Positions 17,609 to 26,479 of a DNA stretch of 29,909 bases are shown here, one piece after another. Below the pieces are notes generated by a model. That model was not told the origin of the DNA, ran no database searches, and saw only the letters and a list, made by a program, of their open reading frames with translations. The stretch spans positions 1 through 29,909 of IMG/VR virus record IMGVR_UViG_3300017761_004738; one strand, given 5' to 3'. A program made the position numbers and the translations under genes. This DNA comes from a virus (lineage: Duplodnaviria; Caudoviricetes). Every line of letters begins with the position of its first letter. Position 1 is the first letter of the stretch.

Positions 17609-18592
17609 TTGGTATACGCGGCTAATGGGCAAAAGACGTTGCGGCCTGATTTGGCGACGTTTATGCAGTTGGAGCTTGAGATGCAAATGCGTGGCTATGT
17701 GGCTACGCGAATCATGGGCGCATTTCAGGCTGTCGTTGCAAGCGGTTTGTTTAAGATGATTCGCCTGAAAAGCCTTTTGGCTCAGGCTAACGCAGATACA
17801 AAACGCGGATCAAAGGGCAATTTCAATCAAGGTGATTACGAATACGTTGAAGCGGATTTTCGTACTCTTGAGTACGGCTGGGAGGAGCCGATTGACAAGA
17901 ACGAGGCGAAAATGTATGCCAATTTTCTTGATGCGGAAGAAGTGGCGACAATGCGCGCTTGGGAGCATGTTCTAAGCGGGCTAGAGTCTCGGGTTTTGGA
18001 TAAGGCGGTTACGGCGGTGATCGCGGCTAACCAAAAGGCTAACGCAACTGCGGCTTGGACAAGCCATGCCAGTGCTGTACCAATGACGGACGTTAAAACG
18101 GCGCGGCGTGCGGTTTGGTTGCGTACTGGTCGGCGTCCTAACACGGTTGCAATGGCTTATGAGGACTTCGACGATTGCCGTCGATGCGCTCAGGTTGTCG
18201 ATGCTATCGCGGCTCAGGGTGCGGGTGATCGCGTCAAGCCTGGGGACATTAACGCGGCGATGCTGGCGCAGGTGTTCGATGTTGAGCAAGTGGTTGTTGC
18301 GGATTCGATTAAGAATACCGCCAACATTGGGCAGAATGCGACGGTTGCGAGCTTGTGGCCTGAGGGCAAGGTTTGGGTTGGTGTAACTACCAATTCAAAA
18401 GACTTCAAAACGCCTTGCTTTGGTCGCGTGTTCCACTATGGCGGTGATCAAGCGGAAAGCGGGGCTATCGGTACTGTGGATCAATACGATTGGGAGCCTA
18501 CCGATAGCCTGATTACTCGGGTGCGGAATCAGACTGATGAAAAGATTCTGTATCAAGAAATGGCGCAGGTTATTGAGGCGGTGCGCGGTTAA
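17609..18592 (+). CDS. major capsid protein (HK97 fold, gpE-like)
   Basis: 327 aa; W......P..DV......V....GRRPNT motif; canonical position. Confidence 0.88.
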   Translation: MVYAANGQKTLRPDLATFMQLELEMQMRGYVATRIMGAFQAVVASGLFKMIRLKSLLAQANADTKRGSKGNFNQGDYEYVEADFRTLEYGWEEPIDKNEAKMYANFLDAEEVATMRAWEHVLSGLESRVLDKAVTAVIAANQKANATAAWTSHASAVPMTDVKTARRAVWLRTGRRPNTVAMAYEDFDDCRRCAQVVDAIAAQGAGDRVKPGDINAAMLAQVFDVEQVVVADSIKNTANIGQNATVASLWPEGKVWVGVTTNSKDFKTPCFGRVFHYGGDQAESGAIGTVDQYDWEPTDSLITRVRNQTDEKILYQEMAQVIEAVRG

Positions 18593-18594
18593 CT

Positions 18595-18975
18595 ATGTCG
18601 ATCATTGGCGATTGCTTTGGTATTGGTTTTTCGGCTATCGAGTCGGTGGGTGGTGAGCAGGTTGATTACTTGCTGTCGGATTCGGTGCGGATTACTGATG
18701 TTTTGGCTGTGCCTGGGTTGGCGGTTGGGGTTGAGAGCGATGTTGCTGGTCAGCGGCATCGCTCGGCGGTGCGTCGGGTTGAGTGGTCGATTCGCGCAGC
18801 GTTGTTGACGGTTGGCGGTGAGTTGGTTGAGCCGTCGAGCGGGCATAGGATTGAGCGAACGGTTGGCGGGGTTGTGGTGGTGTATCAAGTGCAACCGCAA
18901 CCTGGGCTCGCTTGCTGGGATTGGGTCGATGGGCAACGTACGCATTTGGTGATTCGTACGATTGAGGTTGGTTAG
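18595..18975 (+). CDS. head-tail joining protein (gpFII-like)
   Basis: position after the capsid gene; beta-rich, EP..G.RI motif. Confidence 0.65.
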   Translation: MSIIGDCFGIGFSAIESVGGEQVDYLLSDSVRITDVLAVPGLAVGVESDVAGQRHRSAVRRVEWSIRAALLTVGGELVEPSSGHRIERTVGGVVVVYQVQPQPGLACWDWVDGQRTHLVIRTIEVG

Positions 18976-18993
18976 GGTTGCGGAGGTAGTTTG

Positions 18994-19479
18994 ATGGGTG
19001 CGGTTGCGCTGGCTGAGGGGTTAGTTGATGCGCTCAAGGATGCGCTTCCTGATTTGGCCTCAGCCATAAAGCGCAATTATTTGCCTCGGTTCAATCGTGC
19101 TGATTTTGTTGATGATCAGTTGTATGTAACGGTTTATATGGAAACGCTACATGCGGTTGAAAGTGCGGCGAGGCTTGCGGATGTGAAGGAGTTTGCGTTT
19201 GGGGTTGCGATTCAAAAGGCGTTGCCGATTGGGGCGGCGGTTGATGATCCGGCATGCCTTGAGTTTTGTGATGATATGATCGCGCTACAACAACGGTTTG
19301 AGGCTTTGTGGTCCTCGGGTGAGGATGGCGAGGATGAGGTTGGTGCGCTGCGGTTTGAGCGGATTGGTGGTTATGAGTTTATTCAGTTGGTAGAGTCGCC
19401 ATTGTATGAGCCTGCGCATTTGACTGAGCAAGGCGTTTTTACTTCGGTGATCATTCCCAGATATAGGGGTGAGGGTTAA
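18994..19479 (+). CDS. tail terminator-like protein
   Basis: acidic protein just before the tail tube; GGAGG SD; TAATG coupling to the next gene. Confidence 0.6.
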   Translation: MGAVALAEGLVDALKDALPDLASAIKRNYLPRFNRADFVDDQLYVTVYMETLHAVESAARLADVKEFAFGVAIQKALPIGAAVDDPACLEFCDDMIALQQRFEALWSSGEDGEDEVGALRFERIGGYEFIQLVESPLYEPAHLTEQGVFTSVIIPRYRGEG

Positions 19480-19922
19480 TGCTTAAAGGTAGCAAGTGTT
19501 CGGCGAACATTAACACGGGGACGTTTGGTACGCCTGTGTGGTCGGCGATTGGTCGGTTGAGTAGTCCTAAGCGGACGCAAACGCGGGCGGCAAATGCGCG
19601 GACTTATCGCGCGGCAACAACTAAGAAGAACATTCTTGGTTTGAAAGAGTACGGGTTTTCTTTTACTTATGTGGTCAAGGGGATCGCGGATTCGGATGCA
19701 ATCCTGGTTTTGCTGCAAGAGAGTTTCGACGATGAAACGGCGCTTGATATTGCTTTATTGGATCGGCCTGCTGGGACGGGCGCGAAGGGGATTCGCGGGC
19801 CGTTTCAGGTTAGTCAGTTTGATCGCAATGAGGATGATGAGGATGCGGTTACTTATGAGGTAACTGTTGTTGAGGTCGAAGATTCGGCAATTGGCGAGTG
19901 TGATAACTACACAATTTCCTAG
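19479..19922 (+). CDS. major tail tube protein
   Basis: 147 aa; G.RG.F.V..F.R.E....V.Y.VT C-terminal strand pattern; position. Confidence 0.75.
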   Translation: MLKGSKCSANINTGTFGTPVWSAIGRLSSPKRTQTRAANARTYRAATTKKNILGLKEYGFSFTYVVKGIADSDAILVLLQESFDDETALDIALLDRPAGTGAKGIRGPFQVSQFDRNEDDEDAVTYEVTVVEVEDSAIGECDNYTIS

Positions 19923-19993
19923 TGGTTAGCGGGCGGGCCTCGCTTACGCTGTGGGTTCGGGTTTCTGGTGCTGTTTAGTTTGGAGTTTTGTTC

Positions 19994-20176
19994 ATGGTGC
20001 GTGTTACTCTCGGCGAGTTGCGTTCAATTGATTTGGGCGCATTGGATGTTGCGGATGCTGAGCAGGCTGATATTAAGGCGGCGGTTGAGCGGTGTATTGG
20101 TTTACATGATGGGGTTGGTGATCGCGAAAAGGTAGTTGCGCCTGAAAGTGTTGCGGCGTTGATTCCTAAGGCTTGA
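19994..20176 (+). CDS. small hypothetical protein
   Basis: GGAG SD; TGATG coupling to the next ORF. Confidence 0.55.
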   Translation: MVRVTLGELRSIDLGALDVADAEQADIKAAVERCIGLHDGVGDREKVVAPESVAALIPKA

Positions 20177-20427
20177 TGCAACTGATATTGCGGGCGAGGT
20201 TGGTGAGGGTGAGTAGTCTCGCAACTCCCTCGCGCCTGATTGTAGGCGTGATGGCTGGTTGCTGGTTGTTGGTTCGGTTGTTGCTTACCCTAGCGGCTTG
20301 GGCGGTTGAGGTCGCTGGGGTTGTGCTTGCGTGGTTGCTGTTGTGTTGTTGCTTAGATGCGGTGGTTAGTGTCGTTGAGGGTGGTTTCGATTCGGTTGCG
20401 TGGTCGTTGAAGTGTAGAGGGTTTTGA
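20176..20427 (+). CDS. hydrophobic membrane protein
   Basis: long hydrophobic stretch; fills the gap to the chaperone gene exactly. Confidence 0.5.
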   Translation: MQLILRARLVRVSSLATPSRLIVGVMAGCWLLVRLLLTLAAWAVEVAGVVLAWLLLCCCLDAVVSVVEGGFDSVAWSLKCRGF

Positions 20428-20428
20428 A

Positions 20429-20917
20429 TTGAGTACTTGGAAGGATGGCGCGGGGCGCGATTGGGTTTGTAAGGTTACTGTTTCGGTGGCTGAGGCGCTG
20501 CGCGGTGAGGGGATCGATTTACTAGACCCGAAAGCTGTTTCACAACTGTACTCAAAAGACCCCATCGAGTTCGTTGCGTTTGCTGCAAAGTTGCATAAGT
20601 CGCAAATCGAGGAGCAAGGCTTAACGGTTGGCGATTTCGTGGATTTGGCAACTGATAGCGAGGAAGTTTCTAACGCAATGCTCGGGGCTGTTGAGGCGGC
20701 TCTATGCGATTTTTTCCGACGAATGCGGCGCGGCGCGTTGGCGGCGGTGGTGCAAAGAGCAAGCGAAAGCGCAGCGGCGTTGGATGTGCAGCAAACGCAA
20801 ATGATCGAAAGCGAGCGGGCCGGCGCGGCGATGAAAGCGGAGGTATCGCGGGCGCTGAGGCCCATCGAGCAAGAGATAGCGAAAGCGCTAGGCGAGCCGA
20901 TAATTGCTGGCGATTAG
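20429..20917 (+). CDS. tail assembly chaperone (gpG-like)
   Basis: between tube and tape measure genes; contains T_TTT_TTC slippery heptamer at 20710-20716. Confidence 0.75.
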   Translation: MSTWKDGAGRDWVCKVTVSVAEALRGEGIDLLDPKAVSQLYSKDPIEFVAFAAKLHKSQIEEQGLTVGDFVDLATDSEEVSNAMLGAVEAALCDFFRRMRRGALAAVVQRASESAAALDVQQTQMIESERAGAAMKAEVSRALRPIEQEIAKALGEPIIAGD

Positions 20918-21180
20918 TTTGGGAATTCGCTGGGGTGCTTGGTGTCGATCCTGGGCCGTTTACTTTGCGCCAGTTGGTTTGGATGTATCGAGGTCGTCAG
21001 ATTGCTGAATGGGATCGCGTGGCGATGGTTACGGCTGCGGTGCTGCAAACGATGGGCGATTATCGCGGCGGGTTGAGGGGATTGAATCCTTATCGCAAAA
21101 AGCAGGGGCGCGGATTTATGCGGCCCGTCGAGTTGTATGCGCGTATGAGGGCGATTGATCGAGCGAAGTCTAAGAAGTAG
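20710..21180 (+). CDS. -1 frame extension of tail assembly chaperone (gpGT-like)
   Basis: -1 frame opens after TGA 20692 and runs to TAG 21180; encodes ..GVDPGPFTLRQLVWM..W......LNPY. Confidence 0.7.
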   Translation, partial: FFPTNAARRVGGGGAKSKRKRSGVGCAANANDRKRAGRRGDESGGIAGAEAHRARDSESARRADNCWRLVWEFAGVLGVDPGPFTLRQLVWMYRGRQIAEWDRVAMVTAAVLQTMGDYRGGLRGLNPYRKKQGRGFMRPVELYARMRAIDRAKSKK

Positions 21181-21189
21181 GTTTGAAAA

Positions 21190-21714
21190 GTGGGCGCGTT
21201 TGTACTTGATGTTTCGATGCGTGAGCGGTTTTTCGATCGCGCTAAGGTCGTTAAGTGGATCGAGAATAAAGAGCGGCGGGCGCTGAGTCGCATGGGTGCG
21301 TTCATTCGTCAGCGTGCTAGAACGGATGTGCTGCGGAGGGGTAAGAGGAGCGCGGCTAATGGTGAGCCTCCTCGGGTTCATAGCAATGATTCCCATGCGA
21401 CTTTGAAGAACATTATTTTTGCGCTGGGTAGTGATGGGCAGAGTGTTGCGGTGGGTGTAGTTGGAATCCCTAGCTTGAGGCTAGTGGGTTCAACGGCTAG
21501 GACTGTGCCGGAATTGCTTGAGGAGGGCGGAACGGCGCGGCGCTCGGTGGCTCGGTTGCCTGATGGGCGGGTTGTGTTCGGTCGGTTGGCTGAGCGGCCT
21601 GATGCGGTTCCGATGGCTCAGGTGGTTAGGTATCGCGGGAATCCATTTATGAAGGTAGCGCTTGCGAGGGAAGCTAGGGCGGGGACGTTGGCGCAGGCGT
21701 TTAGCTATGGGTGA
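21190..21714 (+). CDS. tail completion/neck protein (HK97 gp10-like, basic)
   Basis: Arg-rich; GAFIRQRAR, G.PP..H, L...I.F, PFMKVAL motifs. Confidence 0.65.
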   Translation: MGAFVLDVSMRERFFDRAKVVKWIENKERRALSRMGAFIRQRARTDVLRRGKRSAANGEPPRVHSNDSHATLKNIIFALGSDGQSVAVGVVGIPSLRLVGSTARTVPELLEEGGTARRSVARLPDGRVVFGRLAERPDAVPMAQVVRYRGNPFMKVALAREARAGTLAQAFSYG

Positions 21715-21761
21715 TCGCGGCTGATTTGAAATTTGAGAGTTCAGATTTTGAGGCGGGTTGA

Positions 21762-23852
21762 ATGAGTGGGAATCAAGTTAGGGCGGGCGGTGCTTATGTT
21801 GAGGTATCGTTGCGGGATCGCGTTGGCAAGGGGCTAAACGCGATTGAGCGGCGGTTGTCGGCTACTGGGCGCGGGATAGCTTCGTTAGGCGGTGCGTTGG
21901 CTGCGGGTGGGCTGGCTGCGGTCGGTTGGCCTTTGAAGTTGGCAGCGGATATGGAACAAGTAGCGGTGTCGTTTGAGGTAATGACGGGTTCGGCGGCGCG
22001 TGGAAAGCAGATGCTTGATGAGATAAAAAAGTTTGCGGCCTCAACTCCGTTTGGGTTCACTGATTTGAGCGATGGGGCTAAAACGCTGCTGGGCTACGGT
22101 GTGGCGGCTGATGATGTGATCGGTACGCTGCGCTTGCTGGGTGATGTTTCGGGCGGTGACGTTGAGAAGTTGAAGCGGCTCGCGCTGGCTTATGGGCAGG
22201 TTCAGGCTAAGGGCAGGTTGATGGGGCAGGAAGTTTTGCAGATGGTTGAAAATGGATTCAATCCATTGCAGCAAATTGCGGAGGGGATGGCTAAGCAGTT
22301 TGGCGGGTTGGCGAAGGATTATATGCCTGGGCTAACTAAGAAAATGGAGGAGGGCGGCATTTCCTCGGGAATGCTAACGCAGGCTTTTGTTGATGCAACA
22401 AGCGCCGGCGGGCGGTTCGCGGGGATGATGGAACGGCAAGCGGGGACGGGCTTAGGGTTGCTGGCGCAGATTGTTGATAACGTGACTTTTGGGCTAACTG
22501 AGTTTGGTACGCAGTTGCTTGAGTCGATCAAGCCTGGGTTAAAGTTGGTGCTTGGGTTGGCTACGGCTATGCGCGGGTTTGTGGCGGCGAATGCTGGATT
22601 CCTCAAGGTGTTTGGGTTGGTGGCTTTGGGTGTTACGGCGCTGGGTGGTGTGTTGGCGGCTGTCGGGTTGGGTGCGGTTGCATTATCAACGGTCGCGGGC
22701 GGGTTGGCGCTTGCTTGGGGGATGGTTGCGGGCGCGATCGCGGCGTTGTTTACCCCATTGGGCGCGGTGGTTGCGCTGGTTGGCTTGGCGGGTGTGGTGG
22801 CGTTCAATTTTCGTGCGCAGATTGGGGCGGCGTTATCCTCGGTGGTTGCGTACGCTGCGCCGGTTACGGATGCGATTGGGCGGGTTTATGCGGTGTTCGC
22901 TGAAATGTTCTCGGGGATCGTGGGGGCGCTAGCTGGTGGGCAGTTGCAGGCGGCGGCGGGGATCGCGTGGCTGGGGTTCGTTGCGGCGGCTTGGCAGGGT
23001 GTGCTTGAGTTAGGCAATGCGATTGATGCGGGGTTGGGTTATTTGCAATCGTGGATTCCTGGGATTGAGGGCGTGAGGAGTTATGTTTCGGCGGCGTTCG
23101 CTTCGATGGGTCAAGCTATCTTGGCGGGCCGGTGGGACTTGGCTGGTTCTATCATGATGGCAAAACTGAGGCTTGTAATTACGGATGGCTGGAATGCTAT
23201 CGCGAACACTTGGACGGGTTTTTCTACTGTACTTGGCGGCGTGTGGGATTCTATCGTAAGCGGGATTAAGTCTACTTGGCGCAATGCGGTTACTGAGATT
23301 GCTAAATGGTTGGTGTGGTTGGCTGAGCAAGCTGGGTTTTCGATGGATGGTGTCAAGGCTGAGCTTGATAGGATGAATGCGGCGGAACAAAAGCAGGCGA
23401 ATCGGGATCAGGCTGGGCGAGAGCAGGGGCGCTATGATGCCGGCGCTGCGGCGATGGCTGAGCGGGAAAAGCAGGCGGCGGCTATTCGCGCTCAGATTGC
23501 GGAACTAGAAAAGCAATCGAGTGAGGCGTTTGTTGGTGCGGGCTCGCCATCGGTTGCGGATAATGCGAGCGCGGCGCGTAAGCAGTTGCAAGATGCTATG
23601 GGGGCGGCTGAGGCTGAGCGAGCGGCGGGCATGATGGGCGGCGATAAGAAGTTTAGCCCACAATTGCCTAAGTTGGCTGAGGGGGCGGCGGCGCAGATGA
23701 AAGTTGAGAGCAAGGGTACGTTTTCGGCTGCGGCTGCGGGGTTGTTTGGGTTGGGGAATGATGCGGGCAACCAGACGGCGCAGAACACTCGCCGAATGGT
23801 TACGCAGTTAAATCAGTTGAATAACAATTTGACGGGCGGGGCTACGGTTTAG
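21762..23852 (+). CDS. tape measure protein
   Basis: FA..TPF, GDV.GGD, AYGQV...G.LMGQE..Q tape-measure N-terminal domain; long Ala/Gly helical repeats with spaced Trp. Confidence 0.93.
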   Translation: MSGNQVRAGGAYVEVSLRDRVGKGLNAIERRLSATGRGIASLGGALAAGGLAAVGWPLKLAADMEQVAVSFEVMTGSAARGKQMLDEIKKFAASTPFGFTDLSDGAKTLLGYGVAADDVIGTLRLLGDVSGGDVEKLKRLALAYGQVQAKGRLMGQEVLQMVENGFNPLQQIAEGMAKQFGGLAKDYMPGLTKKMEEGGISSGMLTQAFVDATSAGGRFAGMMERQAGTGLGLLAQIVDNVTFGLTEFGTQLLESIKPGLKLVLGLATAMRGFVAANAGFLKVFGLVALGVTALGGVLAAVGLGAVALSTVAGGLALAWGMVAGAIAALFTPLGAVVALVGLAGVVAFNFRAQIGAALSSVVAYAAPVTDAIGRVYAVFAEMFSGIVGALAGGQLQAAAGIAWLGFVAAAWQGVLELGNAIDAGLGYLQSWIPGIEGVRSYVSAAFASMGQAILAGRWDLAGSIMMAKLRLVITDGWNAIANTWTGFSTVLGGVWDSIVSGIKSTWRNAVTEIAKWLVWLAEQAGFSMDGVKAELDRMNAAEQKQANRDQAGREQGRYDAGAAAMAEREKQAAAIRAQIAELEKQSSEAFVGAGSPSVADNASAARKQLQDAMGAAEAERAAGMMGGDKKFSPQLPKLAEGAAAQMKVESKGTFSAAAAGLFGLGNDAGNQTAQNTRRMVTQLNQLNNNLTGGATV

Positions 23853-23859
23853 GGGCTAT

Positions 23860-24663
23860 ATGGCAACTGATATTGTTATCAAAGAGCATTCGGGGCAGAG
23901 TGGGAATCTAAGTACTTCCGATGTTGCGCATACGATCAAGTACGATGTTTGGGATCGGAATAGGGAAGCTACCCCAATTGAGTTGCGCGCGGCGGTTTTG
24001 TCTGAGATTCCCGCAACCTATGACGGCTGCGGGTTGAGTGATTTGGATTACGTTGAGGAGGATGGTACTAATCACTTTTGGTTTACGGCGAAATATACCT
24101 CGCGGGCGCTGGAATCCCTGATGCGGATCGGTTGGGATTCGACGGGCGGGACGGTGCGGTTAACTGCGTCGAGGGGTACGCAGCGGTACGCGGTAAGCGG
24201 TCGGACTGCGCCGGATTTCAAGGGCGCTATCGGTGTTCGCAATGGTGAGCCTGAGGGGGTGGATATTGTCGTTCCCACATTGAAGTTAGTTGTAAGTTAC
24301 AAGTGGCCGAATGGGGTTATTGATCTAGCCTACGTTAAGGATATGGCGGGCATGGTGGGCATGGTTAATAATGCCAATTTCTTGACGTTTGCGGCGGGTG
24401 AGTTGTTGTTTTTGGGGTCGAGTGGTGAAATTGATCCGATAGCGGCTACTGATATTCAATACCACTTTGCGGCATCGAAAAACGCAACTGGGTTATCCAT
24501 TGGCGATATTGCGGGCGTAGCGAAAAAGGGGCATGAGTATTTGTGGGTCGCGTTTGAGGCGTCGGCGGATACTAGCGCAAAGAAGTTAGTTCAAAGACCG
24601 TTGGCGGCGTACGTTGAAACGGTTTATCAGGTTGGAAGTTTTAGCGGGTTGGGAATTGGGTAG
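23860..24663 (+). CDS. tail tip/hub protein
   Basis: directly after the tape measure gene; VN...F..FAAGELLFLG and KKGHEYLWV motifs. Confidence 0.7.
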   Translation: MATDIVIKEHSGQSGNLSTSDVAHTIKYDVWDRNREATPIELRAAVLSEIPATYDGCGLSDLDYVEEDGTNHFWFTAKYTSRALESLMRIGWDSTGGTVRLTASRGTQRYAVSGRTAPDFKGAIGVRNGEPEGVDIVVPTLKLVVSYKWPNGVIDLAYVKDMAGMVGMVNNANFLTFAAGELLFLGSSGEIDPIAATDIQYHFAASKNATGLSIGDIAGVAKKGHEYLWVAFEASADTSAKKLVQRPLAAYVETVYQVGSFSGLGIG

Positions 24664-24692
24664 CTTGCTTACGCTTTCGGGTTGGGGGATAG

Positions 24693-25511
24693 ATGGTTAA
24701 GGCTGGTGGGTTTATCCCTACGGTGAATGGGTCGCGGGCGATTACTGCTATTCGGCCCGCCACTTGGAATAAGATAGCGCAAACCATCAACGCGGGGGCG
24801 TTGGGGGCGAATGGCGGCGGCTCGGGTCGGGCCGGCGCTAATTGGGTAATGGTTAAGAATAGCTCGGGGAGTGATCGCGCTCGCTTCGATTGCTTGGCGC
24901 TGGGTGATCCGGTGGTTGCGCTAACCACTGATGGGCAAGTTGATTTGCTGTTGAATGCGGTTGCGGCTGATCCGGCTAAGGCGGCGGTTGTGTTGGTTGA
25001 GCCGATTGCGAATAACCAAACTGGCTATGGGGTGTTGGTTGGGTTGGTGTTGGCTAAGGTGCTGAGCGGGAGTACTTCGTTTCGGTTTGGTGAGGCTGAT
25101 GCGAGCGGTTCGGCGATTAAGCCGGTTGCGAGCGGGCCGATACGGTTGTTGGGTGCGCCTAGTGCTAGTGCGAGTGTTCTGTTGCCGGTGTTGCTGGGTG
25201 GCGGTGGCGCTAGTGTTGATGTTGGCGTTGCTAAAACGCCTAGCGGTGGGATTCCGGCGCGTTCGGGTATTACGCTGGGTGTGGCTACATGTACGCTCGG
25301 GGAAACCTACGACGATGGCGGCGTGATCAAGATTCGCGAGGCTACGCCAACTACAACGGCGCTCATCTATAACTCTACTTCGATTGCAACTAGCGGATCG
25401 GCTTGGATTCATTGGAAGCTAGAGAACGGGCGGCGGCTGATTGATGTGGATGATTGTAATGCGGATGGTTCTAGTTCTGGTGGTAACGTCATAAATGGGG
25501 GGACGCCCTAA
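24693..25511 (+). CDS. minor tail protein
   Basis: I.P.TWN N-terminus; beta-rich; TPSGGIPARSG motif; tail-module position. Confidence 0.65.
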   Translation: MVKAGGFIPTVNGSRAITAIRPATWNKIAQTINAGALGANGGGSGRAGANWVMVKNSSGSDRARFDCLALGDPVVALTTDGQVDLLLNAVAADPAKAAVVLVEPIANNQTGYGVLVGLVLAKVLSGSTSFRFGEADASGSAIKPVASGPIRLLGAPSASASVLLPVLLGGGGASVDVGVAKTPSGGIPARSGITLGVATCTLGETYDDGGVIKIREATPTTTALIYNSTSIATSGSAWIHWKLENGRRLIDVDDCNADGSSSGGNVINGGTP

Positions 25512-25513
25512 AC

Positions 25514-26479
25514 ATGGGACTTGGGATGCGGAATCCTGGCTGTAATTGCGGCATAACGGCAACACGCAAAAGCGCGTGTTGCAATACGCTGGCTTGGTGT
25601 GGAAAAGGATATGTAACACTAGATAAGAATGATGGCTTCGGACCATCGACGGTCGCCAATACTGGTGAGGTCGAAGTGTGCAATCCTGGGCCGTATAAAC
25701 TTCGCTCAACATTGTGCGGACGTACGAAGAAGTGCCAAGCAAACTTGGCGATTTGTCCATTTGAGTTCAAAAGGATGCGGATTCGATGGCAACCAATAAA
25801 TCACATTAATAACACTACGCGCTCATGTATCGAGGCGGGCGGGGCTAGTATAGTGCGCCGGTTCACTGAATATATAACTCGCTCACACGACGATATCGAT
25901 ATTGTAATGGATTTTCCGTATAATGTGAATTGTAGCGCAGTTATCGGATATCCCATTGAAATAGATTTAGGGGCGTTTAGTTACTCCTCGGGTATTTCGG
26001 GGGAGGCGAATACGGGGCCGGGCGGGAGTTTCTTGCCTTACGATTATTCGGCATCTGAAGCGTGGTCTATGAAGTGGCATTATAACACCGTTTTCCCGAA
26101 CGGCGTTCAGGTTCCTACTTTTCCGCTACCGATGAGTTTCTATGAGATTAATGATTATGATTTCAGCATTACCTACACTGGATGGACGCCCTATAATCCT
26201 ACGGCAACGCAATGCACCGGATTCTTTGGAAGTTGTACAGCGGCGTTTGGGATTGTCGTCAATCAGCGTGTTTCGCTTAGTTTTATGGGTACTGGTTTAT
26301 TGTGTGCTTCTGTTTCCAATAGGTACTCGCTCGGTGTTTGGGCTTGCGGTGTTAGGCGCAGCAAAACCAATGTACTCGCGTGCAGCAATTGCACTAGAAC
26401 GGATGAGGATTATTCAGTTGGCGATAATGTAATCTACAGGGCCTCAGATGAAGTATGGACGGACATAGCATGCGTTTAA
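25514..26479 (+). CDS. Cys-rich (18 Cys in 321 aa) putative tail/receptor-binding protein
   Basis: long ORF; NPGCNC..CC N-terminus; Tyr/Thr/Ser-rich; composition differs from flanks. Confidence 0.7.
   Translation: MGLGMRNPGCNCGITATRKSACCNTLAWCGKGYVTLDKNDGFGPSTVANTGEVEVCNPGPYKLRSTLCGRTKKCQANLAICPFEFKRMRIRWQPINHINNTTRSCIEAGGASIVRRFTEYITRSHDDIDIVMDFPYNVNCSAVIGYPIEIDLGAFSYSSGISGEANTGPGGSFLPYDYSASEAWSMKWHYNTVFPNGVQVPTFPLPMSFYEINDYDFSITYTGWTPYNPTATQCTGFFGSCTAAFGIVVNQRVSLSFMGTGLLCASVSNRYSLGVWACGVRRSKTNVLACSNCTRTDEDYSVGDNVIYRASDEVWTDIACV

Noticed and set aside
8583-23852. Stop-codon reassignment
   Set aside because: Core genes are full length under the standard code and TAA, TAG and TGA all end genes with tight spacing
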